Shown here: piece after piece, positions 18,140-26,961 of the stretch
How the letters are laid out: every line of letters begins with the position of its first letter
Position numbering within the stretch: the first letter of the stretch is position 1
NCBI RefSeq assembly: GCF_002443295.1
Contig: NZ_BAOS01000034.1
Location: 56,642 to 88,641, forward strand
Direction: 5' to 3'
DNA: 32,000 bases
DNA from: Candidatus Scalindua japonica
GTDB lineage: Bacteria; Planctomycetota; Brocadiia; Brocadiales; Scalinduaceae
Notes under the pieces: generated by a model
Told to the model about the DNA's origin: nothing
What the model saw: only the letters and a program-made list of their open reading frames with translations
Databases searched by the model: none
Position numbers and translations under genes: made by a program

Positions 18140-18451
18140 GTGACACACAGGGCAAGTCTCAAGAAACAATTCAATCGTGATGCCGTTTTCCCTGTGCGCT
18201 ACGGGGGTGAAGAAAGCGCAATTATTTTCTCGGAAACGGCGATTGCTCCAGCCGCCGTAATGGCTGAAAGGTTACGTGTGGAAGTGTACCGATACTTCGC
18301 GGACCGTGATCTCTGCATCACGGTGAGTATTGGTGTATCATGCATCTGTAAGCCGGATGTTACAACGGCATCCGAATTGCACTATCAGGCTGATAAGGCG
18401 TTGTACAAGGTGAAGTGCGGCGGTAAAAACAGGGTAGGAAGAAATGCCTAA
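18140..18451 (+). pseudogene. GGDEF (diguanylate cyclase) domain C-terminal fragment
   Basis: VRYGGEESAIIF (GGEEF-like), TVSIGVS and ADKALYKVKCGGKNRV. The N-terminal half of the domain is missing. The fragment is visibly GC-richer than its surroundings. Confidence 0.7.
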
Positions 18452-18787
18452 CGACCGGTTGCTGCTGACGGCATTCCGCTGTTCCTCGTAAATATTCATT
18501 GCATGTTAATTTTAATAATATTTTGCGAGTGGGGAGTGCTTTGCTATTGTTAAAAACCTTCTAATGGGTGGTTACAGTATTTTTCGTTGATTTTTCATCA
18601 TTGACTCTTTGATTGTCAATCAATTCCTTGCAGAATTATTTCGAGAAAAGGATGGCTCTATCTCAATTTAATGTATATTTCATAACGGAACCAACTTAAT
18701 AAGCTCCGATTGAAATGTTAATGAAATAGGCACTTATGAATTATTGTGAGAGACAGGTAAAATCCTGAAAGTTGTTACTAAAATTTT

Positions 18788-18823
18788 AGGGGTATGGTGA
18801 GCAAGTTATCATACCCCTTTTTA
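18788..18823 (+). terminator. Rho-independent terminator-like hairpin with no intact gene upstream
   Basis: AGGGGTATG-13 nt loop-CATACCCCT followed by TTTT. Confidence 0.5.
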
Positions 18824-19407
18824 CCTACTTCATCTTCACTCCAATTACCTATAGAACTGTCACATATTAAGCGTAATAGGGTGGTGAATCAGTCATATAC
18901 ACACCAGAAACACTCCTTGATGTTGACAAAATTCCTTAGAACCCTTTTTATGGCTTATATTAAAAAGAATTTATTAGATAGTATCTTGGTGCTGTATGTG
19001 TTAGTATTAACGGTAATAGCATTTATAGAATTAGACGGAGGTGTATTATCAAGAATCTATTTCCAATACTTTCAGGGTTAATAAGAGGCTTAGTCGAACT
19101 TGTAGCAGGAAGAAAACGGAAGAAGAAAACTGTTGAAGTAAAAGCGAGTTAATTGATTACCAGTATTTTTTCTTTATGCAGACGTCTATGTTCTTCAAAT
19201 ACTGAGGGGTGTAGGCGTTTTCTTATCAGCCCAAACTACATCTCACCAGTAATATTTCTATGAGTCATTTCAGCTCTCACTTTTCTATGATTTTCAGATT
19301 TGAGTCCAGAATTCAAACTTCTACAGATTAATAACAGACTCTTTCGGAAACTATAAAGGTAATATATACCCCTCTCTTAAAAAAGGCAATTATGCTATCA
19401 TTTATAC

Positions 19408-19671
19408 ATGAATATAATAAATGTGTATGCTCTCACAAGTGTATTCGTAGTGAGCTTAATATCCATTATAGGTGTGTTCACACTTTCGCTTAATCAAAAG
19501 ATCCTAAATAAAAGTGTTTTCTTACTTGTAAGCCTCGCTGTTGGTGCGCTTTTTGGGGATGCTATAATCCAGCTCATACCTGAGGCTTTTGAAAGTGTTG
19601 AGAATCCTGCACGTGTTTCTTTATTTATTATCATAGGAGAAACATGGTGTCATATCTTGAACCGCCCCTGA
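19408..19671 (+). pseudogene. ZIP-family metal transporter N-terminal fragment
   Basis: LLVSLAVGALFGDAIIQLIPEAF matches the conserved ZIP motif (LxxFAxGxLLGDAFLHLLPxA). The ORF stops after about 80 aa, whereas full-length proteins are about 250 aa or more. Confidence 0.65.
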
Positions 19672-19757
19672 AATAAATGCCCGCTACGACGATGTCTTAT
19701 GTTAAACCGTCGTGTGTAGGTAAATTTATTATTTGTAATTCTGTTAACACACTTTAT

Positions 19758-20399
19758 ATGAAACAAAAATATCTCATTTCACTTTTTGCTCTAATAATAT
19801 TCATTTTATTTGGATACTGGGCCAAATGTCAAACTGGTACAAACTTCTTTGAATCAACCAGTCTGAGCAAACTTACACCATTCAAATACCTCCAAAGGAA
19901 TGATGTTGTATCTATACCTAAACCAGGAATAATATTATACGACTGCTTTGATACAAAATCCATTATAGGAAACTGGTCAAATTTATGGATGAGAGACAAA
20001 GGCAAGGTCTCTGTGGACTATGATTTACATGGAATAAACAATTCCCGCTGTCTTTTAATCAAAAGCACCAGCACAAAAAGCTGGGCATACTCTCACAATA
20101 AATCTGTTGAGGTCCATGAAGGCGATATATTCAGTTTTGACGGATTTGCAAGAATACAGGGGGAGAAAAATGTATCTGCTTTTATTGGTATTGCTGCATT
20201 CGATGGTCAGAATGAACCCATTAAATGGAACTATATTTCTGAAAAGATTGATAATACAGAAATGTGGACTAAGAAAAATAAAACGTTTGTTATACCCGAT
20301 AATATTAAATATATACGCTTTCGATTGACCGGAGTTGGTATTGGTGAGTTCAGATTTGATGATATTTTTTTTAGAAAAGAAAACCTATCTACAAACTGA
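19758..20399 (+). CDS. Secreted hypothetical protein
   Basis: Signal-peptide-like MKQKYLISLFALIIFILFGYWAKC at the internal ATG 19758. The beta-rich C-terminal region ends in IRFRLTGVGIGEFRFDDIFF. Family not recognised. Confidence 0.5.
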   Translation: MKQKYLISLFALIIFILFGYWAKCQTGTNFFESTSLSKLTPFKYLQRNDVVSIPKPGIILYDCFDTKSIIGNWSNLWMRDKGKVSVDYDLHGINNSRCLLIKSTSTKSWAYSHNKSVEVHEGDIFSFDGFARIQGEKNVSAFIGIAAFDGQNEPIKWNYISEKIDNTEMWTKKNKTFVIPDNIKYIRFRLTGVGIGEFRFDDIFFRKENLSTN

Positions 20400-20649
20400 C
20401 TTTTTAATGAGATAGTTTATATTTACTACTTGCGTGCTTGCTATTTGCAATCTGTGAAATCTGCCGATTTTTAATATTCTTCGTGTTTCATGTTTTTATT
20501 TTTTGGTCATTCTGTTATTGTAATTTGAAAATTATTTGATTTTTGTAACTTGTATTTTGCGTTTTTCTCAATTGAGTTTATCAATAATAGTCACTGTCCA
20601 TCTTTTGATTCATCACGGCAAATCGTCTCTCACCCTTCCCCACCCATTG

Positions 20650-20870
20650 CTATGCCACTGAAATGTTTTGTGTTCCAACAAATTTACTTTCAAAATTTGG
20701 TTCTCCACCCTCAAGAATCATTTCAATTACTTCGTAAAGATTCTTGTTGATCTTTTCAAGTGTTTCACCTTGTGAATGGGCACCAGGAAACCCGGGAACA
20801 TACCCTCAATTCAGGGAAATCTCTGAAAGTTCAAGGGTACGGTATTGCCCTACTTTAAGAAGCCATTGAT
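20650..20870 (-). pseudogene. HicB/UPF0150-like antitoxin remnant
   Basis: The minus strand reads ...LELSEISLN-TGA-GYVPGFPGAHSQGETLEKINKNLYEVIEMILEGGEP, matching the HicB N-domain pattern GGYvaxvPxlPGcxSQGeTleEa. There is no clear start codon and an in-frame TGA at 20806-20808. Confidence 0.4.
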
Positions 20871-21257
20871 AGAAACACAAGTGAACTGAGGGGGATCAAT
20901 AAAGCATTAACTGAGTTAAAAGTTGAATTGGAATACACTAGTGATGCGTTAGAAGATATTTCTTACTTAACCGTCTCTGGCAAGAAAGATATATCCCAGC
21001 TTTCGTAAAAGATCTGGGATATCTCCAATCAGATTTCAATACTTTAAATGCTAATTACTAAAGATTAAAAGTTGTTCAGCACTAACGTTGAGTGAAGCTA
21101 AATCCGTTTGGCTCATAAAGCTATTAATACGATACAAGTCATAAACGTGGAGCGCAGGGGGAAGTTCCCTCATTTTTTATCATCTATTGGTTTGCTAAAA
21201 CACAATCTCTAGGATATTTCAAATTAAATTTTCCCATTCTGATATACTTTTTCTCAA

Positions 21258-21611
21258 TTATTCACATATGATTGGATTCATGTTACCAAAGTTTAAATCA
21301 TTTGGGCCTCCAGTACTTACATCCCCATTATATTCCCATTTCCATCCAGTATTTGTATGAGTATCATCAAAGTAGAAAGTAAAAATAGCCTGACCGTAAC
21401 TGCCATAATCACTAAGAATAACAACATTTGGTTCTGCTCCACTAATTGTCACACTATCATTATAGCAACCATCTGGACTACATGAACAATTAGATTTTTC
21501 ACCGCTATGATCATAAAATCCTAAATTTGGACTGTACTTAAAAATGTGGTGTCCCCAGCAGTTTGCGAATATATCGTATTGGAAACATGATGATCTCTTG
21601 CGAAAAGTCAA
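21258..21611 (-). CDS. Hypothetical protein (117 aa, TTG start)
   Basis: ORF only; Cys/Gly/Asn-rich with no recognised motif. Confidence 0.3.
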   Translation of the reverse strand: MTFRKRSSCFQYDIFANCWGHHIFKYSPNLGFYDHSGEKSNCSCSPDGCYNDSVTISGAEPNVVILSDYGSYGQAIFTFYFDDTHTNTGWKWEYNGDVSTGGPNDLNFGNMNPIICE

Positions 21612-21688
21612 AAAATAGTTGTATCACTCGCGCGCAGTGTTTATCATACCCTTGTCAACAATATTCATAATAAATTTGAAGAGATAGT

Positions 21689-22747
21689 ATGATAGATATT
21701 AGTAATTTTAATAAATCAATTCATGAACTTTATGTAGATTTTGATCTTTCACTCGGAAAGGGAAGCAAATACTTTAAACAGATAGAAAAATATGTTGGTA
21801 GAAACAAAAAAATTTACGAAGTGTTAAAGGATTTATATAAACAAAATAACTTATTAAACGTTCAACCAGGAAATGTACCCAGAATTCCAAAAATAATACA
21901 CCATATTTGGATAGGAGATAGGCCATTACCTCAAACATATAAAAATTATATGAAAAGTTGGAGAAAATATCACCCGGATTGGGAGTTCAAAATATGGAGA
22001 AATAAAGAAGTCCTGGAGCACTCTTTTACAGACAAAAAATTAAAGTCATTGTTCTCACAAAAATTGACTATCGGTGAAATGGTTGACATTTTAAAGTATG
22101 ACATTTTGTTTACGTATGGCGGTCTTTATGTTGATTGTGACTGTTTATGTTTAAAACCGCACGATATTCTACATTACTGCTACGATTTTTATGCAGGGAT
22201 ATTTCCCCCACTTTTTGCCTCGATAGATAATGCTATAAATGTCAGTAACGGATTGATAGGTTGTGTACCTGGACATCACATTTTTCCAGCTTTGAGTGAT
22301 CTGCTTGTAAGTAATTGGAATAATCTTGATTACAGGGACGACGAAGTATATACAACGTTACAGCGGACCTTCGGATGGTTAACAGATGCTTTGGTTGAAA
22401 CCGCATACGAGCGGAAATACATCAACATAGCAATGCCAACAGGCTATTTTTTCCCTGTTACCGCTTATCCTGTTTTTGATTTTTTGATTCGTGGTCCTTT
22501 AACTGTACTAATTGATTTCTTTTTGAAAAGAGAAGGTCCTTTTTCTCATACAAAACCTTATAGTTTTAGCAATCACTGTTCTGGCAAGGAGTGGATGTAT
22601 GATCTTTATTCAACAGTAAGTCTGCGCCATTTAGTATGGACTGCATTTACTTTGAAAGATTGGAAGTTATTTATTAAATCGAAGCTGTTTAAAAAGAATC
22701 TAAATAAAACCCGCAGGTCGTTTTATGAAATGATTACTCCAAAATAG
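21689..22747 (+). CDS. Glycosyltransferase with DXD motif (GT32-like, Gly_transf_sug type)
   Basis: PKIIHHIWIGDRPLP, YHPDWEFKIW, and YDILFTYGGLYVDCDCLCLKP, which carries the DXD motif. Confidence 0.8.
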   Translation: MIDISNFNKSIHELYVDFDLSLGKGSKYFKQIEKYVGRNKKIYEVLKDLYKQNNLLNVQPGNVPRIPKIIHHIWIGDRPLPQTYKNYMKSWRKYHPDWEFKIWRNKEVLEHSFTDKKLKSLFSQKLTIGEMVDILKYDILFTYGGLYVDCDCLCLKPHDILHYCYDFYAGIFPPLFASIDNAINVSNGLIGCVPGHHIFPALSDLLVSNWNNLDYRDDEVYTTLQRTFGWLTDALVETAYERKYINIAMPTGYFFPVTAYPVFDFLIRGPLTVLIDFFLKREGPFSHTKPYSFSNHCSGKEWMYDLYSTVSLRHLVWTAFTLKDWKLFIKSKLFKKNLNKTRRSFYEMITPK

Positions 22748-22929
22748 CTTTGTTCTGGATTTAGTTTAGAATGTGTATCAGTTCTCCTGTATTTCCTGCT
22801 TTCTTCGGTGATTAATACATTTTCTTTTTTGACAACCACCATTCCCTGAAATGCGACTAGCGTTGTATCCGGAAAGAATCCAAAGATGTTGTAAAATACC
22901 ACCTTTGTCCAATTTTCTATTATTACCAG

Positions 22930-23817
22930 CTAATCAACACTTAAAACATGTTTAAGAGCACTTTCAAGTTCCGGATAGAGAAATTTATATCCGGAATCTG
23001 ACAGTCTCTTTGGAGCAACCTTTGTACTTGCCAGTAGAAGATCATTTGCCATCTCACCAAATGCAAGCCTGGCAATAAAGGCAGGCATTGGCATTACAGC
23101 GGGTCTGTTTAAGACCTTTCCAAGTGTTTTCGTGAACTCTTTATTTGTTACCGGGTTTGGAGCCGTTACATTCACCGGGCCTTTCAGAGAATCTGTAGTT
23201 AATGCGTGATGGATCGCACCTGCTACATCGTCTATGTCTACCCAGCTCATATATTGATTACCGTTACCAATCTTTCCTCCCATTCCCATCTTAAAAGGAG
23301 TCAGCATCTTTGCCAGAGCCCCGCCATTTTTACTGAGAACGATTCCAAATCTTACATTTACTACTCTGATACCCGCTTTCGAAACGGTATCAGCAGCTTC
23401 TTCCCATCCGAGGCAAACATCCGGAAGGAATCCGCTCCCTCTTGAGCTGTCTTCATTTAAAAACTCCATTCCTCTGTCACCATAGTAGCCTATTGCTGAT
23501 GCACAGACAAAGACAGATGGTGGAGATTCCAGTTTAAGGATATGTTCACATAGTTTCTTAGTCCCTTTGATACGACTGTTCCTGATTCTTTCTTTTTTAG
23601 CCTTGGTCCACTTTCCGGCAGCAATATTTTCTCCTGCCAGGTGAACAATTCCGTCAGCAAAAGTAGAGTTCCAGTCACCATTTTCTGGTTTCCAGGAAAT
23701 GTCATTATCTTTCGGATTTTCACGAATAATCTTACTGACGGTTACACCATTCTTTGATAAAAATGATACAAGATTGGATCCTATAAGTCCTGAAGAACCG
23801 GTTACCGCAATTTTCAC
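22930..23817 (-). CDS. YfcH-like SDR-family epimerase (TIGR01777-type, with C-terminal DUF1731-like region)
   Basis: MKIAVTGSSGLIGSNL Rossmann start and a C-terminal LLASTKVAPKRLSDSGYKFLYPELESAL. Confidence 0.85.
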   Translation of the reverse strand: MKIAVTGSSGLIGSNLVSFLSKNGVTVSKIIRENPKDNDISWKPENGDWNSTFADGIVHLAGENIAAGKWTKAKKERIRNSRIKGTKKLCEHILKLESPPSVFVCASAIGYYGDRGMEFLNEDSSRGSGFLPDVCLGWEEAADTVSKAGIRVVNVRFGIVLSKNGGALAKMLTPFKMGMGGKIGNGNQYMSWVDIDDVAGAIHHALTTDSLKGPVNVTAPNPVTNKEFTKTLGKVLNRPAVMPMPAFIARLAFGEMANDLLLASTKVAPKRLSDSGYKFLYPELESALKHVLSVD

Positions 23818-23940
23818 AGTGATACCTCCCTTTAAAAATTAGTTGATCTTTACATTTAATTGTTCTGATTTTTGATAATCTCAAACTTTTTTTAATGCAT
23901 AAATTATCCCTGATTCAATTTTTAGCATTTAATCCTGGTT

Positions 23941-23990
23941 ACACTTCGACTACGCTCTGTGTGACGTCATCCAGAGCGGAATCGAAGTGT
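23941..23990. repeat. 50-nt near-perfect palindrome centred on TGACGTCA
   Basis: Arms 23941-23959 and 23972-23990 pair at 17 of 19 positions. The centre contains the perfect 8-mer palindrome TGACGTCA (23962-23969). Confidence 0.6.
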
Positions 23991-24020
23991 TTATATTGTT
24001 ACGATGGTGATCTGATTTTT

Positions 24021-25211
24021 TCACCCGGTAATATCCCCTTTCGGGCCAAAATATTCGTAGGCAATATTGTCAGCGTCGACTCCCCATTGTATTAATGCCC
24101 GGTATAAATCTTTCATCATTTGTGCAGGACCACAGAGATAAAACTCAGCATCCGTCTGGTGACTTACAATCTCTTTTACCGAGTTCATCGTTATTCTACC
24201 CGGTTGTGTATCCGCAGACTTTACCGAATTTCTGGAGTAAAAGAAATGATGGTTAATGTTATCATGGTCTGCTGTTAATGTTACAACATCATCCTTAAAC
24301 GCATGGGCATCTTTATTACGTGTTCCATGAATAAAGGATATCTGCCTGGTAAGCTGTTGTTTTACCGCATCCTGTAAGATACTCAACATCGGTGTTATCC
24401 CGACACCCCCACTGATAAGTGCTGCAGGCTTATCTGTTTCCTTGAGACAGAGAGTGCCGTAAGGCGGACTTAATTTTATTTTATCTCCCGGAGAAAGCGT
24501 ATCATGAAGGTAATTTGATACGAGACCGTTGTCTTCCCGTTTGACTGAAATTCGATAGTAGTTACTATTCGGGCTGTTTGAGAGGGAATAGTTTCGAAAA
24601 ACAGTTCCTCTTTCAGGTACTTCCAACATCATATTGATATATTGTCCAGCCTTTCCGATTACAATAGTTTTTCCATCTGTTGGTTCAAGATAAAATGAGG
24701 TTATCAGACTACTTTCATTTTCTTTATTGGCAAGAGTAAATTTCTTGAAACCTTTCCAGCCACCTTCTTTTGCCAATGTCTCTTCATATTTTCTGGTTTC
24801 AGTTTCAATGATTATATTTGCAAAATACTCAATGGCCTCTTCCCAGGCTCTCTTTACCGCATAAGTTCCTTTTGTTCCAAGTACGTACCCAAATGCTTCC
24901 ACAAGACAGGTATTAACAACAGAGTACTGTACAGGCTTTATGTTCAATGAAGCGTGTTTTTCCGCTATATCGTTTACAAGCGGTTTAATTGCGTCAAGAT
25001 TATCGATGTTATTTGCATACTCTATAATTGAAGCAATAAATGCTCGCGGTTGTGTACCGTTACGGAGATGCTCGCGGTTGAAAAAGATTTTTATCATAGG
25101 ATTACGAGTAAACAGTAACGGATAAATCCTCTTTGCCAACTCTGCTTCATTCTTCTTAATTATCGGTACCGTCGCTTTAATGATTTTTTTTGTCTTGTCG
25201 GTAAGACTCAT
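24021..25211 (-). CDS. hmp: Flavohemoprotein (NO dioxygenase)
   Basis: 396 aa, the same length as E. coli Hmp. It has an N-terminal globin (KATVPIIKKN...FFNREHLRNGTQPRAF...EKHASLNIKPVQY), an FAD/NAD module (RNYSLS, ISGGVGITPMLS) and a C-terminal EYFGPKG. Confidence 0.9.
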   Translation of the reverse strand: MSLTDKTKKIIKATVPIIKKNEAELAKRIYPLLFTRNPMIKIFFNREHLRNGTQPRAFIASIIEYANNIDNLDAIKPLVNDIAEKHASLNIKPVQYSVVNTCLVEAFGYVLGTKGTYAVKRAWEEAIEYFANIIIETETRKYEETLAKEGGWKGFKKFTLANKENESSLITSFYLEPTDGKTIVIGKAGQYINMMLEVPERGTVFRNYSLSNSPNSNYYRISVKREDNGLVSNYLHDTLSPGDKIKLSPPYGTLCLKETDKPAALISGGVGITPMLSILQDAVKQQLTRQISFIHGTRNKDAHAFKDDVVTLTADHDNINHHFFYSRNSVKSADTQPGRITMNSVKEIVSHQTDAEFYLCGPAQMMKDLYRALIQWGVDADNIAYEYFGPKGDITG

Positions 25212-25259
25212 ATTATAACCTTCTAAAACCAGTGCCTGTTTATGGGCATTAAGAAATTG

Positions 25260-26540
25260 TTATCCATTCTTCTTTGATTCAAAGAAGGTTACGTCTACTG
25301 TAATTTTTTCTTCTCCACGTAATATTTCAATATTGCAGGTGTCTCCGGCCTTTTTCTGGCGGACATGATAGATCACATCAAATACCCTGTTGATCACCTC
25401 ACCGTCCATTGAAAGAATAATATCACCTGCCTGTAGATTAGCTTTTCCGGCAGGACTATCCTCGCCAACACTATCCATAACGACCTGATACTTCCGGTCT
25501 TTTATATTCTCTTCTTTCTTTTTCCCCTCTGATTCGTTTTCCGGCATATTTCGAATCATTACCCCCAGCATCACTTTTGTTTCTTTCGGCTCAGGTAACT
25601 GAACAACCTTCACATAATCTGCAGGTTGAAGGGGTATGTCCCCTGCGAACAATGGATGATCACTATCCGGTTCAAGTGTTCTCTTCTCGTATGTTGTAAT
25701 AGTCAGGTAAGGGAGGTGGTTGTTTCGGTACACCCTTTTTGGAATACCAAAATGGTAAATGATATGACCTCCTCCTACGAATACCAGGAGCTTTTTCCCT
25801 TTTGCCTCTGGCGAAGACAAGTACCTGGTTATACTGTCTGCCATAACATCCTCCCAGGTACACTGAACCTGATAAAATTTCTCGAAAAGGCCACTCATGT
25901 CGGTGTCACCATGGCCATGGCTTGATAAAATCCTTTCAAGGTATTTTCTGTGATAGAAGTCACTAGTATCTATTTCAGGCAGGTTTTCTCTCTCTTCCTC
26001 ACTCAGACCTTCAATTCCCTTTTTTCTTATTGTTTTACCTAAATCTTTTGTAATATTCAGAGCGATAACCGGGATCTTATTGTTACGAATAAAGTTCATA
26101 ATCTCTTTATAGTGATTATAGTCATATCCCCACTCGTAATCCCAGTCTGTTAAATATAATAGATCTTTCTCACTGATTTTCCCATGTGTCCATTTATCAA
26201 GAATTTCCTGATGCGGCCTCTTAAACATCTCCATTCCAACAGCCAGATTGCCACCGTTTCTCTTATAAAATTCCTTCAGTACCTGAAGTTCCAATTCATG
26301 TGATTCCCTGTTCGAGTGAACCTCACCTACATAGATTATTCTTGCGCCGTCAAAAGATTCGGCAAGTTGTGAAAAAGTTACCTTCTCTCCTGTTGCTACA
26401 TGGACAATATCTCCAGCATTGACTTCAGCAGGAAAATTCCTTAACCTGTCAGTTTTTACAGTAACCGTATTTGCAACTGAATGGCAACCCATACTTAGCA
26501 CAATAATTACGGCTAAAAATATTAACTTGTCGTTTAACAT
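25260..26540 (-). CDS. ChaN-family (haem-binding, DUF399-like) lipoprotein with a C-terminal PDZ domain
   Basis: Signal peptide ending in MGC, IIYVGEVHSNRESHELELQVL, and a PDZ-like GKANLQAGDIILSMDGEVI. Confidence 0.75.
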   Translation of the reverse strand: MLNDKLIFLAVIIVLSMGCHSVANTVTVKTDRLRNFPAEVNAGDIVHVATGEKVTFSQLAESFDGARIIYVGEVHSNRESHELELQVLKEFYKRNGGNLAVGMEMFKRPHQEILDKWTHGKISEKDLLYLTDWDYEWGYDYNHYKEIMNFIRNNKIPVIALNITKDLGKTIRKKGIEGLSEEERENLPEIDTSDFYHRKYLERILSSHGHGDTDMSGLFEKFYQVQCTWEDVMADSITRYLSSPEAKGKKLLVFVGGGHIIYHFGIPKRVYRNNHLPYLTITTYEKRTLEPDSDHPLFAGDIPLQPADYVKVVQLPEPKETKVMLGVMIRNMPENESEGKKKEENIKDRKYQVVMDSVGEDSPAGKANLQAGDIILSMDGEVINRVFDVIYHVRQKKAGDTCNIEILRGEEKITVDVTFFESKKNG

Positions 26541-26710
26541 TAGATTTTAATAAATATTTTTAATTTTGGAATAATTAGGAAAATTTACCTATTTTTATTT
26601 TACATAATTTAATTATTGATAGGAAGCTAATAAAGTATAAAATACTATAAGCATGAAAAAAATTCTTATCCCGTTTTTATAAGATTAGCGAAAGTAAGGA
26701 GTTGCTTAAA

Positions 26711-26926
26711 ATGAAGACCTGTAGTTTAACAGATTTTAGGGTAATAATTTCTCCATGGCTATCGGGAGAGTATCTCCGGAGAGTCTATAAGGATGACAAT
26801 GGCCATCTTCTCTTACTGTTCAGGGATGGAGTAGAAGATGTTTACCAGATTGAGAATTGTACAGATGAACAGCTTGAGATGGTTCTTGAAGATTTGAGAA
26901 AACAAGGTATTCAGGTTGAAGAGTAA
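26711..26926 (+). CDS. Hypothetical small protein (71 aa)
   Basis: An AAGGAG RBS lies 9-10 nt upstream of the ATG at 26711. No motif recognised. Confidence 0.4.
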   Translation: MKTCSLTDFRVIISPWLSGEYLRRVYKDDNGHLLLLFRDGVEDVYQIENCTDEQLEMVLEDLRKQGIQVEE

Positions 26927-26961
26927 AAGGCTCAACACATAATCTATTCATTGGGGAATTT

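Noticed and set aside
18794-19081. A 95-aa ORF
   Set aside because: Its start codon lies inside the terminator hairpin. The composition is not protein-like and no motif was recognised.
74-20810. Hypothesis that the accessory genes use a code in which TGA encodes Gly (code 25), because TGAs in zot and the HicB-like gene fall at expected glycines
   Set aside because: Only one TGA occurs in more than 900 codons of inovirus genes and none in about 800 codons of the kinase and TPR-like genes. The same remnants also carry TAA and TAG stops and frameshifts. Neighbouring intact genes terminate at TGA. Point mutation is the more economical explanation.
20861-21060. Possible HicA toxin remnant upstream of the HicB-like fragment
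   Set aside because: The only resemblance is a vague LEISQIFYESWDISF, and the GSH motif is absent. It cannot be supported without a profile search.
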